A DNA stretch of 63,799 nt, counting the filler, from Octopus bimaculoides (Eukaryota), in NCBI RefSeq assembly GCF_001194135.2. It is 7 parts of 7 records of this genome, joined end to end, with 100 filler letters (N's around TTAATTAATTAA, not from the genome) between each part and the next. Parts side by side here need not be neighbours in the genome. Positions count along the whole stretch, not along the records: positions 26,951 to 37,991 come from NC_069004.1; positions 38,092 to 45,427 come from NC_068988.1; positions 45,528 to 53,123 come from NC_068997.1; 4 more parts are not named here. The stretch is one strand, 5' to 3'. The position numbers and the translations under genes are program-made. The notes beneath the pieces were generated by a model. That model ran no database searches. It was not told the origin of the DNA and saw only the letters and a list, made by a program, of their open reading frames with translations. Positions 36,316-49,149 of the stretch are shown here, piece after piece (the first letter of the stretch is position 1; every line of letters begins with the position of its first letter).

Positions 36316-36960
36316 AATGCACCACAAATGTGCATGGCAGTATTCTTCACCCTAGCAAAGCTGCAGCATCAATACTGCAGCGTTTTAAAAGTTATATGTA
36401 TTTAACTGTGCAATGCTCTGCATTGAAACAAAATAAAACCACAAATATTTACTGCAACATATTTCCTTGAAAAGATGAAATACGATAAACTCCTTGTTGC
36501 ACCACTCTGCTTTAATCCAAAGTAAAGTACTGCTGCAATGTTCCAACAATATAGTATCCATATAAAATGCACCACTAATGTGCAATGCAATATGATCTAC
36601 ACTTTCCTTTCTATTTCTTTGTCCTTTAGTATGCAATGTTCTGCGTTGCATCATAATGCAACTCATTTCTGTAACGGACACCTTTGAAAACCACAGCATT
36701 ATTAAAACTATACTGCAATATTCTTAATTTCTGTGTAGTATAGTTCTGTATTGTTCCAACAATGCAATATATATAATGCACCAACAATATGCAGTGTAAT
36801 ATATTGCACTCCATTAAAAAAAAACCTGCAGTGTTGCATCTGCATCACTTCATAAAGTAAAACAATGTACAATGTTCCAAATTGCATTCTAACTGCACCA
36901 TAGCAGTTCCTTTCACAGTATTTTAATTACATTGCATACACAGCACAAAACTGCAATGTA
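35560..36960. repeat. 1.4-kb cryptic low-complexity tract rich in (A/T)CTGCA, TTGCA and TGCAC
   Basis: Very frequent TGCA-containing 5-6-mers with no long perfect repeat and few CpGs. Confidence 0.7.
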
Positions 36961-37037
36961 CTGTACCCTCGGGTACACATTACTGTCCATCCACAGGGTC
37001 CACAAATGGAGCAAACCCAATGAGGTCGACTGCCTGG

Positions 37038-37128
37038 TCAGTCAATCAGACGGTCAGCTACTTCCAGAATACTCCTCACAGGGAAGAATCTTATCAGAGG
37101 TGATGCCAGAACACATATGAGAATGTGC
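37038..37128 (-). CDS. Candidate terminal exon; reading frame unresolved
   Basis: Very strong acceptor TTCTTCTCCCTTCCCTTCTCCCCACTACAG. The three frames give AHSHMCSGITSDKILPCEEYSGSS*, TFSYVFWHHL* or HILICVLASPLIRFFPVRSILEVADRLID*. Confidence 0.4.
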
Positions 37129-37949
37129 CTGTAGTGGGGAGAAGGGAAGGGAGAAGAATGCAAGTAAAAACGTGTGTGTGGGAGGGAGGGCTCTTTGTAT
37201 ACGAGTTTCTACATGTCTTCTTTGTTCTTGTTGATTCTTAATTCTATTTTGTTTGTGATGGAAGGCAGGCAATTATTACATGCATGTGGGTGTGTATAAA
37301 TATATATGTGAATGTAGCATGAATGTGTGTGAGAGTGTGCCTGTGTTGTTTAGAAAGTCAGTTTTATACATATATACATAGATTTATCTGTTTTGTCTGT
37401 CCACATATATATATATGTATATCTATANNNNNNNNNNNNNNNNNNNNNNNNNNNNNNNNNNNNNNNNNNNNNNNNNNNNNNNNNNNNNNNNNNNNNNNNN
37501 NNNNNNNNNNNNNTATATATATATATTATACACATACACACAAACACACACATTCACAGAGGTTGACTATTCAATCTTTTCTTAAAAGACAAATTAAAAG
37601 AGAAATAAGAACAAAGCAAAATATGAGTTAAGATACAGCCTCCATACGTACATGAACACATGAACATACACACACATACACATATGAATGTATGTATGTA
37701 TGTATATGTGTGTGTGTGTGTGTGTGTGTGCATACACAAATATGTAAATACATACATATCTACATAAATATGTGCATACACAAACACGTATATGCAAACA
37801 TACATGCATATATTTATATATACACACACACACATATATATATACATACATACACACACATACGTACATATCTATATATACATACACACATATCTATATA
37901 TACAGAGATAATACACACATAGACGCACATCAAAATATACATACACACA

Positions 37950-37991
<42 letters not shown>

Positions 37992-40483
37992 NNNNNNNNN
38001 NNNNNNNNNNNNNNNNNNNNNNNNNNNNNNNNNNNTTAATTAATTAANNNNNNNNNNNNNNNNNNNNNNNNNNNNNNNNNNNNNNNNNNNNGGGGGGGGG
38101 GATAAATTAAGTATCAGTTGCATATTGGTGTCAATCTAATTGACTTGCTTCCTCCTCCAAAATTTCGGACCTTGTCCCTAGAGTAGAAAAGAATATTGAA
38201 CTGAATGCTTCATTTTATTTGTCTGACTCCTTTGCATTCTAAGATCAAATCCTGTTGATGTCAACTTTGCCTTTTATCCCTTCTGAGGTTGTTCAAAAGA
38301 GTGTCAACCCAGATCAATGGATTGTTAGGTCTGTAAGAATTTCAAACCAGATGCCTTGTGGTGTTTGTTGTAGTTCTCTGCGTTCAGTCAAATTCCAGCT
38401 TTGAATTTTACTTTATTTCTGTGCATTACAAATACACTTTTAATTATCATTGTAGTCTTTCCTTATTGCTGCTTTCTTTTTCCTCTTTTACTCTTTTCTG
38501 ACCTGAGTACTACACACTATTGCATATCATTTGTTCCCATATGTTGAAATACACTCGCTTTCTTTCAATTAATTTTGAAAATAATGAAGTCAGTAAAACG
38601 TTTTAGTCATTATTGGTTTCAAATTTTGGCACGAGACCAGCAACTTTGGGGGAGGAATAAGTCAATTACACTGACCCCAGTGATCAACTGATACATATTT
38701 TATTGACCCTGAAAGGATGAAAGATAAAATCTATCTCAGCGGAGTTTGAATTCAGAACATAGAGATGGACAAAATGTCGCTAAGCATCTTGCCTGGAGGG
38801 CTTATGATTCTGCTAGCTTGTCACTTTAATCTTAGTCATTATTAAGGTGGTATTTGTGGTGTTTGAAACATAAATTAAAATAAAATTTCGAAGGAAATCT
38901 TTGTAGATTTTAGCCCTTTAAGTGCAAAATTAAATTTCATGATTATTTCAATAATGATGTTAAATATCTAACAAGAAAATAGAACTGGTATTTACTAAAA
39001 GTCACGTTATCTCTATAAACTTGACAAATCTCAATAGAAAATAGTGTCAAACATGACATTCCTCAAAAAATGTTAGATTAGTATATAAAACTGCTTTCTG
39101 CAGTTAAGGATAATTTTGACTGGTTATGTCTGATTTCCACAGTAAAAGGGTAAAAAAGCACCTCTTACCAACCTGCAGGACTAGCAGGGCAGGTAAAGCA
39201 AAATCCTTAAAACAAAAGGCCAAATAAATAATGCTGGGTGGAATTGAAAGAGGGGTTCTTCCAGTTGGAGAGAAAAGTACCCTGGTAAATAAATAGTGAA
39301 TGAATGATTGTTGAATATACAGAAAGAAATAGGCTAAGTTAATTCTATGGAAACAGTTCCTTTATATAAGCCTGATGCTTTTACAAGAAGCATGGATATT
39401 ACATCTCATTATCATGTAAACCCCTTAATGGTTAGATGTTGTTTAACCCTGAGTCAACCTGAATTGAACAAACCCATGATGATCAGATTCCCTCCATGGG
39501 CATATTAATTTTTTTTTTAAATAGCAGTATGGTTGGAATCTCCCTCTCTTTTCCTCTCTATCTATATTCATATATATTTATTTGTCTGTCTGTCTGTCTG
39601 TATGTATGTATGTATGTATGTATGTATGTATGTATGTATGTATGTATGTATGTATGTATGTATGTATGTATGTATGTATGTATGTATGTATGTACGTATG
39701 TACGTATGTGCATATATATGATGTATGTATGCATGTATGCTTGTACGCATGCTTCCGTACATGCACATGTGGTACGATTTGAGGAAAATGTGGTTGCTCT
39801 TTCTAGCAGGTTTAGTAACCATATAGATGATCACTATGACAGTGTTGATGAAAGGGGTGGTGGTAGTGAAGAAGTGCCAATGGTAATGAGTAAGCAATGG
39901 GGAGGGGTGACGGAGATAGAAGAGAAAACAAGGGTGGTGGAGTGATTATGTGGCTGTGGAGCTGGGAGTGGTAAAGATTAATATTAGTAAAGGTGGCAGT
40001 AGGGGTGGTAGTAGAGGTAGCAGTGGCTGCAGTAGTTATGGTGGCTGTGGTGATGTTAGTGATAGTAATGATGGTGATAGTGTTGGTGGTGATGATAATG
40101 GTTGTGATGGTACTAATGATAGTGAAATTGAAGAAAGAACAGCAAGAGTGGTGGGGGAAGATGTTACAATGCTTATCTATAATTAACCAATTTATATAGG
40201 GTTAATTATCAAAGATAATTATCCTATTATATTAGAGGAAAATAAATTCTTGTGTAATTCTGGTAATTGTAATGTGTGTGTGTGTGTGTGTGTGCATGTG
40301 AGTGTTTGTGTGTGTGTGATAAGTGTATGTAAGTTATATGTATATTCACTTACAGAACTACACAAGCATGTGTGTGTTGTATGTACACACACATACACAC
40401 ACATACCTTCATACAAATACATGTACACATACACACACATATATACTTATTTACACATATGTGTGTGTGCATGCTTGAGTTTG

Positions 40484-40516
<33 letters not shown>

Positions 40517-40597
40517 GTAATACATACATACATACATGTCATGAGTTGTAGCAGGAACATTTAGCATTCTAATTTTTGAAGATCATATGGGTTAGGG

Positions 40598-40632
<35 letters not shown>

Positions 40633-40817
40633 CGTGCACGTGCACACACATTCAGCACATGTTAAAATTAAAAAAACAAAATCCAGATTAAATGATAACA
40701 ATAATGATGACATGATGACAAAGACAATGCCATCATCACCATCATCATAATTTAACAGCTGTTTTTCCATGCTCCATGGGTTGTATATATGTATGGATAT
40801 CTATCTATCTGTCTACA

Positions 40818-40858
<41 letters not shown>

Positions 40859-41208
40859 AGAGTTAAAAAGAATGGAGTAGATAAAATCCAAGCTACACCT
40901 CGATCCTTGGATCTTACATTTATATATCTATATCATCATCATCGTCATCGTCGTCATTTAACGTCTGCCTTCCATGCTGGCATGGGTGGATAACAGTGTT
41001 TGGAGGGATATATTATCCAGGCAAATACCGTATTAGCTTTCAGTTAAGTTCTGGTTAAAGGAAAACCACAATGATCAGTATCTAACATCTGTGACTACAA
41101 TTAGTTGTTAGATGCTCTGTGAATTCTTCCAATGGATAATTCCGTGTATGCTTCGTTGGATGGAAAAAAAATTGTCTGGAGTATATATTAATTTTAATAA
41201 TAATAAAA

Positions 41209-41320
41209 AGTATGGAGACTTGTACATCCACAAAATTTATTTTTTAGTTATATACAGCATATTATAATATGCTGTATATAACTAAAAAATAAATTTTGTG
41301 GATGTACAAGTCTCCATACT
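41209..41320. repeat. 112-bp perfect palindrome with no spacer
   Basis: Centre GCATATTA|TAATATGC between 41264 and 41265. It extends with one mismatch into (AAT)n/(ATT)n and lies about 25 bp from a gap. Confidence 0.95.
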
Positions 41321-41499
41321 CTTTATTATTATTATTATTATTATNNNNNNNNNNNNNNNNNNNNNNNNNNNNNNNNNNNNNNNNNNNNNNNNNNNNNNNN
41401 NNNNNNNNNNNNNNNNNNNNNNNNNNNNNNNNNNNNNNNNNNNNNNNNNNNNNNNNNNNNNNNNNNNNNNNNNNNNNNNNNNNNNAGAAAAAAAAGTTG

Positions 41500-41935
41500 G
41501 CTAATGTTTTATAAATACAAGGAATAGTTTTATTCATCAAAGTATGCACCCATATTGTCAATACACTTTTGCCATTTCAGCGGTAACTTGTCCAGCCTGG
41601 AACTGTAAAAGCCTGGCAATCTAGAGTCAATAAAACCTTGGAAGGCCTGTTTTACAGCATTGGCGGAATTAAATTTATTTCCTATCAAAAAGTTATCCAA
41701 ATTCTGGAAGAAGTGGTAGTCATGTGGGGGCAAGATCATGTGAGTATGGTGGATGATGGAGAACTTCCAACTCCAACTCCTGTAGTTTCATCAATGTCAT
41801 TTTTGCAATGTGTGGTCTGGCGTTGTCTTGCAATAAAATAGAAGTGGATCTGTTGACTAATCTAGGCTGTTTTTTTGTAAGTTTCTGCATCATTTGGTCA
41901 TTAGCAAAGCAGGACATTTGATTCTAATCATAATT
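41500..41935 (-). mobile_element. Mariner (DD34D) transposase C-terminal relic
   Basis: Reads ILLQDNARPH...HPPYSHDLAPT/DYHFFQNLDNFL...KLPLKWQKCIDNMGAYFDE, with a 1-nt insertion in the PPYSPDLAPSD-type motif. Confidence 0.9.
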
Positions 41936-42119
41936 TCCAACTTTGGTATGGTTTCTTAGCCAGTGCACAGACAAGGGAGTAGAACCGCTGTAACTGGAAG
42001 CAAGTTCTGCATAAAGCCCTTTCAGTTATAATGAAAATAATGAAAGCAAATCTTTACAGTAAATACTGCTGTAAACTGTCAATATATTTTGTTCACAAAA
42101 ATATCTCGAGGCAGGAACT

Positions 42120-42240
42120 GCTTATAAAATCAAAAAAATCAGCACAGCACCCATGACTTAGGGAAACATTTTTCATGCTCAGAATTGTTGAAGCATGGAA
42201 TAAACTACTTGCACCAGTTGTTTGCTGTTAGGACACTGTA
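42120..42240 (+). mobile_element. Short CR1-type LINE 3' fragment
   Basis: GKHFFMLRIVEAWNKLLAPVV-like sequence (with a frameshift) resembles the CR1 ORF2 end motif FFSxRVVxxWNxLPxxVV. Confidence 0.5.
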
Positions 42241-42506
42241 ACCAGTGTTCCATCTAAGTCGCATGCTTGTGTGTTCACACGTATTTTACAACTAGGAAAG
42301 GTGCACACACAATGTTTTGAAATGAAATCAGATAGTTTTAATTGAAGGAATGATTTCTCAAATGAATTTCACATACTTTGCATAAAAAGATAAAAAAAAT
42401 TTGAACACAATTCAAATTTCTGTGCACACACACAGCAAAACCATTAGAGAAAACATTGACTGGTAGCTCTACTTCCATCCTCATCACACTACCAACCCTC
42501 TCTCAC

Positions 42507-42557
42507 TAAGCCTATGTATGAGAAATTGCACAGGATCATCCTCATCACTCAAGAGCT
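42507..42557 (-). CDS. Candidate 51-nt symmetric (phase 1-1) exon
   Basis: Acceptor TTGTCTCTTATATAG and donor CTTA|GTGAGA. Only one frame is open: (E)LLSDEDDPVQFLIHRL. Confidence 0.3.
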
Positions 42558-43305
42558 CTATATAAGAGACAACATTGAACCATTTGTACTCAATACATTC
42601 TATTTCACTCTTTCTGTACTGCCATCCATCACTCTCTTTCACCTCTGGATCATTTCTATTATCACCCATCGCCTAGTCACCTACTCTTATGTCTACCTCT
42701 GCCATTACCCATCACTCTCCTCTCATCACCACTTCAATAACTCTGTCTCTACCATCATACTCTTGCTCCTTTTATCAACCTATTCTGGTCATTTGCTGTT
42801 CCCCTCCGTGATTACATTACTTGAGCAAAAATACACATCTCAGTTTACTGAGTATTCTCTACACTTAGAGATTACAAGGTACCTTCTTGCATAAGCTGGT
42901 GCTAAAATGAAAAGCCCTTCCTTCTGCATATCCTCTTGAGTGATTTGGTGAGCAAGCAGAAGTACAAACCAGTCTTACCAAGGACCTGGTAACCTCCTTG
43001 GTGTTGGTGCCTGAAACAATACACCCAGCGCACACCAAGAAGTGAATGACAAATGAGTAGAAAAAATGTAAGGCTAAATGATTTCTTTATTTCAATCTCA
43101 CCGAGGACTTGTCAACTTCTCTAGCATTGGTGCTATAACAAAATACATCCATTAGACTTCAGGAAATGGTTGGTGCCAGAAAGAATATTTAGCCATAGAA
43201 ACCTAGCCCAGTCTATGGGAGCAATGGTTCTCAATAAGAAATGACTTGGGTTGAAATGGATTCCATGCCAGCATGGAAAGCAGATGTAAAATTATGTTGA
43301 TGATG

Positions 43306-43341
<36 letters not shown>

Positions 43342-43852
43342 TACCTCTAGGAGAATGGCAGAGAAAACGGATAACCTAGTGCTCGGGTTTTGGACTTTCC
43401 AGAATGTTTGTTATTATAAATCTGGTTAGTCTTTGTCAGTTAGATTTACCGAAGACAAAATTTAAAATATCTGCTACATCAATTGCCTATATACTCAGCT
43501 GATAGCTCATGCCATAAACAGAACCAAGAACAGTGAAAATTTTATATTAAAAATTATAAGTAGGTGCAGGCATAGCTGTGTATTTAGGGAGTTTGCTTCC
43601 CAATTGCATTGGTTCATGTTCAATCCCACAGCATGGCATCTTGGGAAAATATCATCTACTATAGTCACAGGTTGACTAAAATCTTGAGAATAGATATGAT
43701 AGAGAGGAACAGAAAGAAACCTATCATATGGCTTGCTTCCCAACAACATGGTTCAAGGTTCAGTCCCGCAGGCAAAGTGTCTTCTACTATAGCCTTGTGC
43801 CAACTAAAACATTGAGTGGAACTGGTAGACCGAAACTGAAAGAAGCCAGTTG

Positions 43853-43889
<37 letters not shown>

Positions 43890-44056
43890 NNNNNNNNNNN
43901 NNNNNNNNNNNNNNNNNNNNNNNNNNNNNNNNNNNNNNNNNNNNNNNNNNNNNNNNNNNNNNNNNNNNNNNNNNNNNNNNNNNNNNNNNNNNNNNNNNNN
44001 NNNNNNNNNNNNNNNNNNNNNNNNNNNNNATAATGTCTTACGTTTAAGATGATTCC

Positions 44057-44156
44057 CATGCTTTCCCTGATGAGAAGGTTACAATTTTAATATCACAGAT
44101 CCCTATGGATCACATAGGTTGTAATCCTTTGAAACATATGTAGGAATAAAGTATGC
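44057..44156 (+). ncRNA. Minimal type I hammerhead ribozyme motif with intact core and palindromic stem III
   Basis: Stem I CAUGCUUU-CC/GG-(AAU)-AAAGUAUG; CUGAUGA 44067-44073; stem II GAAGG-UUACAA/UUGUAA-(U)-CCUUU with an inner CCUAUG/CAUAGG hairpin; GAAA 44131-44134; perfect palindrome ACAUAUGU. The predicted cleavage triplet is GUA, cut after 44142. Confidence 0.8.
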
Positions 44157-45367
44157 AATTATAACATGCGTTTTCTCCATTCCTTAAATTTTTAAATATA
44201 CTCAAATACCCAAAATTTCAAGGACTTCCTGCCTTAAAAACAGGAACAACACCAAAGTTATTTTGTGTTCTTTGCTACATTGGTTTCTATTAACCCATTT
44301 ATTCTATCCGAAGAATTTTTATTCATTAAGATAGAAGAAATACATATAATTATATATATATATATATAATGGGTGTGTGTGAGTGTGAGTGTAGCCAAGT
44401 AGAAGTGTCTATGCTTGTATCTCCTTGTCTTGACATCATATGATAGTGAGTACAGTCTTTGAGATGAACATATCTGGACATGGGGGGAAACATTATCTTG
44501 CCTGGAAATAGGAGAGGATTGATGGCAGGAAAGGCATCAGATTGTAGAAAATTTGCCTGACTGACTTCCATTTGATCCATGCAAGCATGGAAACATGGAC
44601 ATAAAAACAATGATGATCTCACACACACACACACACACACAAACAAAATCATGTAAACATATACACAAGCATACACACACTGTTGACACAAGTGTTTACA
44701 TAAAAATTTTACCATTTTACTACAAAGAAGCCCGACAAACAACTTAAATGTAGAGCTCCTTTCTGCCACAACCATGACCGCCGCCAAAAATAGCCAAAAC
44801 AGCAAGTGCAATAGGTTGGGTTGGGTGGGTTTGGAGAAGGGAGAGTTTAAGAATTCTGACCAGACCAGCAAAATGTACGTGCATAACCACTCCATCACCC
44901 CTCCTCCTTGTCACCATGGTCCATCCTACACAATGTAACTCTTTACTTTACAGAACACATGGAATGTTATAGTTAGCACTTCTGGAATGTAGGGGACAGG
45001 CATTCTTTTTCTCTTTACAGGCATGGTGTGGCAGGTAGGGAGGGTCGAAACTCATCCCTCTCTCTATCTCCAGTAATGCCACTACCTTCACCACCACCAC
45101 CACCACCACCACAACCAAAGTGCCACCACTATCACCACCAATGCTGTCGTCACCACAATCCCCCAAGCATTAGTTCTACTATTTACATATTAACTTGATC
45201 TAGTTTCTTTGGTAAATTACTTCATCTCACAACACAGCAAAAAAAAGAGAGAGAGGGTTGGGGAGGTGAGGTGAGAAGTGGGTAAGTAAGCATGTAAGTA
45301 AGGCAGTGCATGAGATGGTGGGTAGACAGGTAGTTTGATGGAGAGGTATACATATATATATATATAC

Positions 45368-45422
<55 letters not shown>

Positions 45423-45623
45423 TATATNNNNNNNNNNNNNNNNNNNNNNNNNNNNNNNNNNNNNNNNNNNNTTAATTAATTAANNNNNNNNNNNNNNNNN
45501 NNNNNNNNNNNNNNNNNNNNNNNNNNNATATATATTTATATATATAAATGAATATTATTAATATAGTCATACACACAATATATATGTGTATATTCTATGT
45601 TGTTACCTCTCTCTCTCTGTCTC

Positions 45624-45677
<54 letters not shown>

Positions 45678-45876
45678 GCTATCTGGCTATCTAGCTAGCT
45701 AGCTATCACACACACATACATATCTATACACATACATGCAAATATAGAGAGATAGAGAGATAAGAAGCGGAAAAAAGAAAGAGAAAAGGGAGAGGAGTTC
45801 GTGAGTAAATAAATAAATATACGAGTGTTTGTGATAACCTGGACACTTCGAGTAGACAACAGAGAAGAATGGGGGG

Positions 45877-45923
<47 letters not shown>

Positions 45924-46149
45924 NNNNNNNNNNGAGAGAGAGAGAGAGAGGGAGAGAGAGAGAAAGAGAGAGAGAAAGAGAGAAGAAAAAGAGGATAATG
46001 GAGATATATAACGACAGTAAGCGTGTGTGTGTGTGTGTGTGTGTTTGTGAATCATAAATATTAAGATAAAAGAATATGTTTGTTCGGGAGTAAATAATAA
46101 ATAATAAATGATTAAATGAAGCTAGGTAGACAGAATGATGAACAGAAGA

Positions 46150-46199
<50 letters not shown>

Positions 46200-47184
46200 N
46201 NNNNNNNNNNNNNNNNNNNNNNNNNNNNNNNNNNNNNNNNNNNNNNNNNNNNNNNNNNNNNNNNNNNNNNNNNNNNNNNNNNNNNNNNNNNNNNNNNNNN
46301 NNNNNNNNNNNNNNNNNNNNNNNNNNNNNNNNNNNNNNNNNNNNNNNNNNNNNNNNNNNNNNNNNNNNNNNNNNNNNNNNNNNNNNNNNNNNNNNNNNNN
46401 NNNNNNNNNNNNNNNNNNNNNNNNNNNNNNNNNNNNNNNNNNNNNNNNNNNNNNNNNNNNNNNNNNNNNNNNNNNNNNNNNNNNNNNNNNNNNNNNNNNN
46501 NNNNNNNNNNNNNNNNNNNNNNNNNNNNNNNNNNNNNNNNNNNNNNNNNNNNNNNNNNNNNNNNNNNNNNNNNNNNNNNNNNNNNNNNNNNNNNNNNNNN
46601 NNNNNNNNNNNNNNNNNNNNNNNNNNNNNNNNNNNNNNNNNNNNNNNNNNNNNNNNNNNNNNNNNNNNNNNNNNNNNNNNNNNNNNNNNNNNNNNNNNNN
46701 NNNNNNNNNNNNNNNNNNNNNNNNNNNNNNNNNNNNNNNNNNNNNNNNNNNNNNNNNNNNNNNNNNNNNNNNNNNNNNNNNNNNNNNNNNNNNNNNNNNN
46801 NNNNNNNNNNNNNNNNNNNNNNNNNNNNNNNNNNNNNNNNNNNNNNNNNNNNNNNNNNNNNNNNNNNNNNNNNNNNNNNNNNNNNNNNNNNNNNNNNNNN
46901 NNNNNNNNNNNNNNNNNNNNNNNNNNNNNNNNNNNNNNNNNNNNNNNNNNNNNNNNNNNNNNNNNNNNNNNNNNNNNNNNNNNNNNNNNNNNNNNNNNNN
47001 NNNNNNNNNNNNNNNNNNNNNNNNNNNNNNNNNNNNNNNNNNNNNNNNNNNNNNNNNNNNNNNNNNNNNNNNNNNNNNNNNNNNNNNNNNNNNNNNNNNN
47101 NNNNNNNNNNNNNNNNNNNNNNNNNNNNNNNNNNNATATACACATATATATCATTTGTTACCTACGTACGTTTCACCATTGTGG

Positions 47185-47757
47185 TTATGTCGCTATTTGC
47201 ATCATCTGCAGTGGATGTTCCCAAATATGAAGACTAATCTTTCTAGTGAGAGAAATAGAGAGTGAGAAAGATATAGAGAAATAAAAGAGAGTGAGAGAGA
47301 GAGAGCAAGAGTGAGAGAGAAAGAGACTCATTGTCCCACCTATTGCAGCAACACAGGTGAGAATGAAAGGTTTGGATGACTTTGGGGATTTCTTGGGATT
47401 TGAGAGCGGCTGAATCCGCCTCGTATTGTATTCCACCGCCTTAACAAAGTAACTGGTTTGCTCATAGGTCTTTTCGATCGAGATTGAGATGCCTGGGGAT
47501 AAACAACAGTAATTGAAACAACAATGTGATGCTTTGTCTCTGTTTAAGAAATCCTCATCGTCGTCGTCGTCGTCGTCGTCGTCATCATCCTCATCATCAT
47601 CATCAAATCCAGTTGAGGAAGTCCCTTGGTGGCTGACGATAATATGTGCATCTCTGATCACAAGCAGTAGTGGACAATCATCATAGCCATGTGTTGAGAG
47701 GAATTCTTTGGGATTTGAATAATTCATCTCTAGAAACATAGGTTTTTCGATCAACAT
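47185..47757 (-). CDS. 190-aa ORF with a poly-Asp tract, function unknown
   Basis: About 145 non-microsatellite codons stay open in AT-rich DNA, including GFDDDDEDDDDDDDDDDEDFLNRD and HCCFNYCC. The 3' end runs into a (CT)n repeat. No domain was recognised. Confidence 0.3.
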   Translation of the reverse strand: MLIEKPMFLEMNYSNPKEFLSTHGYDDCPLLLVIRDAHIIVSHQGTSSTGFDDDDEDDDDDDDDDDDEDFLNRDKASHCCFNYCCLSPGISISIEKTYEQTSYFVKAVEYNTRRIQPLSNPKKSPKSSKPFILTCVAAIGGTMSLFLSHSCSLSLTLFYFSISFSLSISLTRKISLHIWEHPLQMMQIAT

Positions 47758-47764
47758 CCATAAA

Positions 47765-47970
47765 CGACTCTTATTCAGTGACCTTTTGAGCGGGATGGGC
47801 TACCCCACCAGAAGAAAATTCTAACAGGGCCTCACCTGCAAGGTCATGTGCTGTTTATCTTGATATGAGATCACTATGTCGCGCACATGTGATGCATGTA
47901 CCTGGTATACCCTTATCAGACGGATAGTCATGATCCTCAGTGTCACTTTGATGTCATGTACTGTACTCTC

Positions 47971-48030
<60 letters not shown>
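47765..48030 (+). mobile_element. Probable 3' UTR of an R4/Dong-type LINE ending in (AAT)20
   Basis: A GC-richer repeat-like segment ending ACTGTACTCTC then (AAT)20, directly followed by R4/Dong coding relic. The UTR assignment is inference. Confidence 0.5.
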
Positions 48031-48032
<2 letters not shown>

Positions 48033-48920
48033 AAAATTATTTAACTCAGAACCAGGGAAAAATTGGTACAAACAGTCACAAGGCATGTGCAAAGCAAAAA
48101 GTATTTTCAGTCTTCAAGGAAACCAAAAACTACGCAAAAGTGTTCGTAATACTTGACAACTATGAAGAAAAAGAAGAAACAACAAAGGCGGTAAAGCAAC
48201 TAAAATACAAGCTAAAACTGGAATTATAAAATACCACGATAAACGATGGCAAGAAGAGTCCTTACATGACAAACACTGAGATAAGCTAAACAGAAAATAA
48301 ATATACAATGTAAAATTCCAACAATGGTTGAGAAACTCAGGACTCAAAGCAGAGACTGAACGAAGAAACACATAATGAAGAAAAACGCAATAAGTAACTG
48401 CAGAATATGTGACGATAGGGAAGAAAAAATAAATCATATTGTCTCTGGATTCCCAGTCCTGGTTAAGATGGAATATATCCACAAACATGACAAAGCTGTA
48501 CCAGAACTATGGAATGACAACAGAAAAAAAAGGTAGTATTTCCCAGAAAAGGCCTCAGAAAATGACAAAACAGTCACCCTCTGAGATATACTAATATACA
48601 TAGCTAGGAACATCAAGGCTAATAGGCAAGACATTGTTGTCAGGGACCATTAAAAAATGCCTTCTAATCGACATATCTGTCTCAGTAGATGACAATGTAT
48701 CTCTAAAAGAAACGGAGAAACTCTCGAAATACAAAGATCTGGAAATAGAGATAACCAAAATATGGAGTCTGATAAACGAAATAGTCTGTATAATCATAGC
48801 TGTATTAGGTACGGTTGGAAACATACAGGAAAGTACATTATCAAAACACCGGGACTTATGAATATATCTAAAATACAGAAAATATATTGCCTGCAGTACA
48901 AAAGTGGTTCTTAATCTTAT
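48031..48920 (+). mobile_element. R4/Dong-clade non-LTR retrotransposon: CCHC and restriction-like endonuclease relic
   Basis: Reads QWLRNSGLKAETE, CRICDDREEKINHIVSGFPVL...YIHKHDK, IKANRQDIVVRDH and KCLLIDISVSVDDNVSLKETEKLSKYKDLEIEI...IIIAVLGTV. This corresponds to the CCHC plus PD-(D/E)xK domain. It has several stops and frameshifts. Confidence 0.85.
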
Positions 48921-49149
48921 CTAGCATAGAAAGATAATCGGCAAAGATGACCTTGGCAGTATCCGAACTGAAAATATAAAGAGTTTGTCATTGTTGCTCT
49001 CACAGTAACTGAATACACAGTTTGTTAGAGAGAAACAAATAGGATGATGGCGAGGAGAGGTTATGATTCGAAGATATTTATCAGGAATAAAATAAAATCC
49101 GAATTGAATATAGCAGGAATAGAAAGATAAACTTAAATATGGCTTGACT

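Noticed and set aside
39760-40190. Gly/Ser/Asp-rich ORFs (39496-39945, 39950-40186)
   Set aside because: They derive from degenerate (GGT/GAT)n low-complexity sequence joined to a (TATG)n repeat.
44754-45034. Possible plus-strand exons 44754-44814 and 45021-45034 (14 nt), and an 8-nt microexon at 47349-47356
   Set aside because: The phases can be made to fit, but the donors are weak, the peptides are low complexity, and the 47349 candidate lies across an assembly join.
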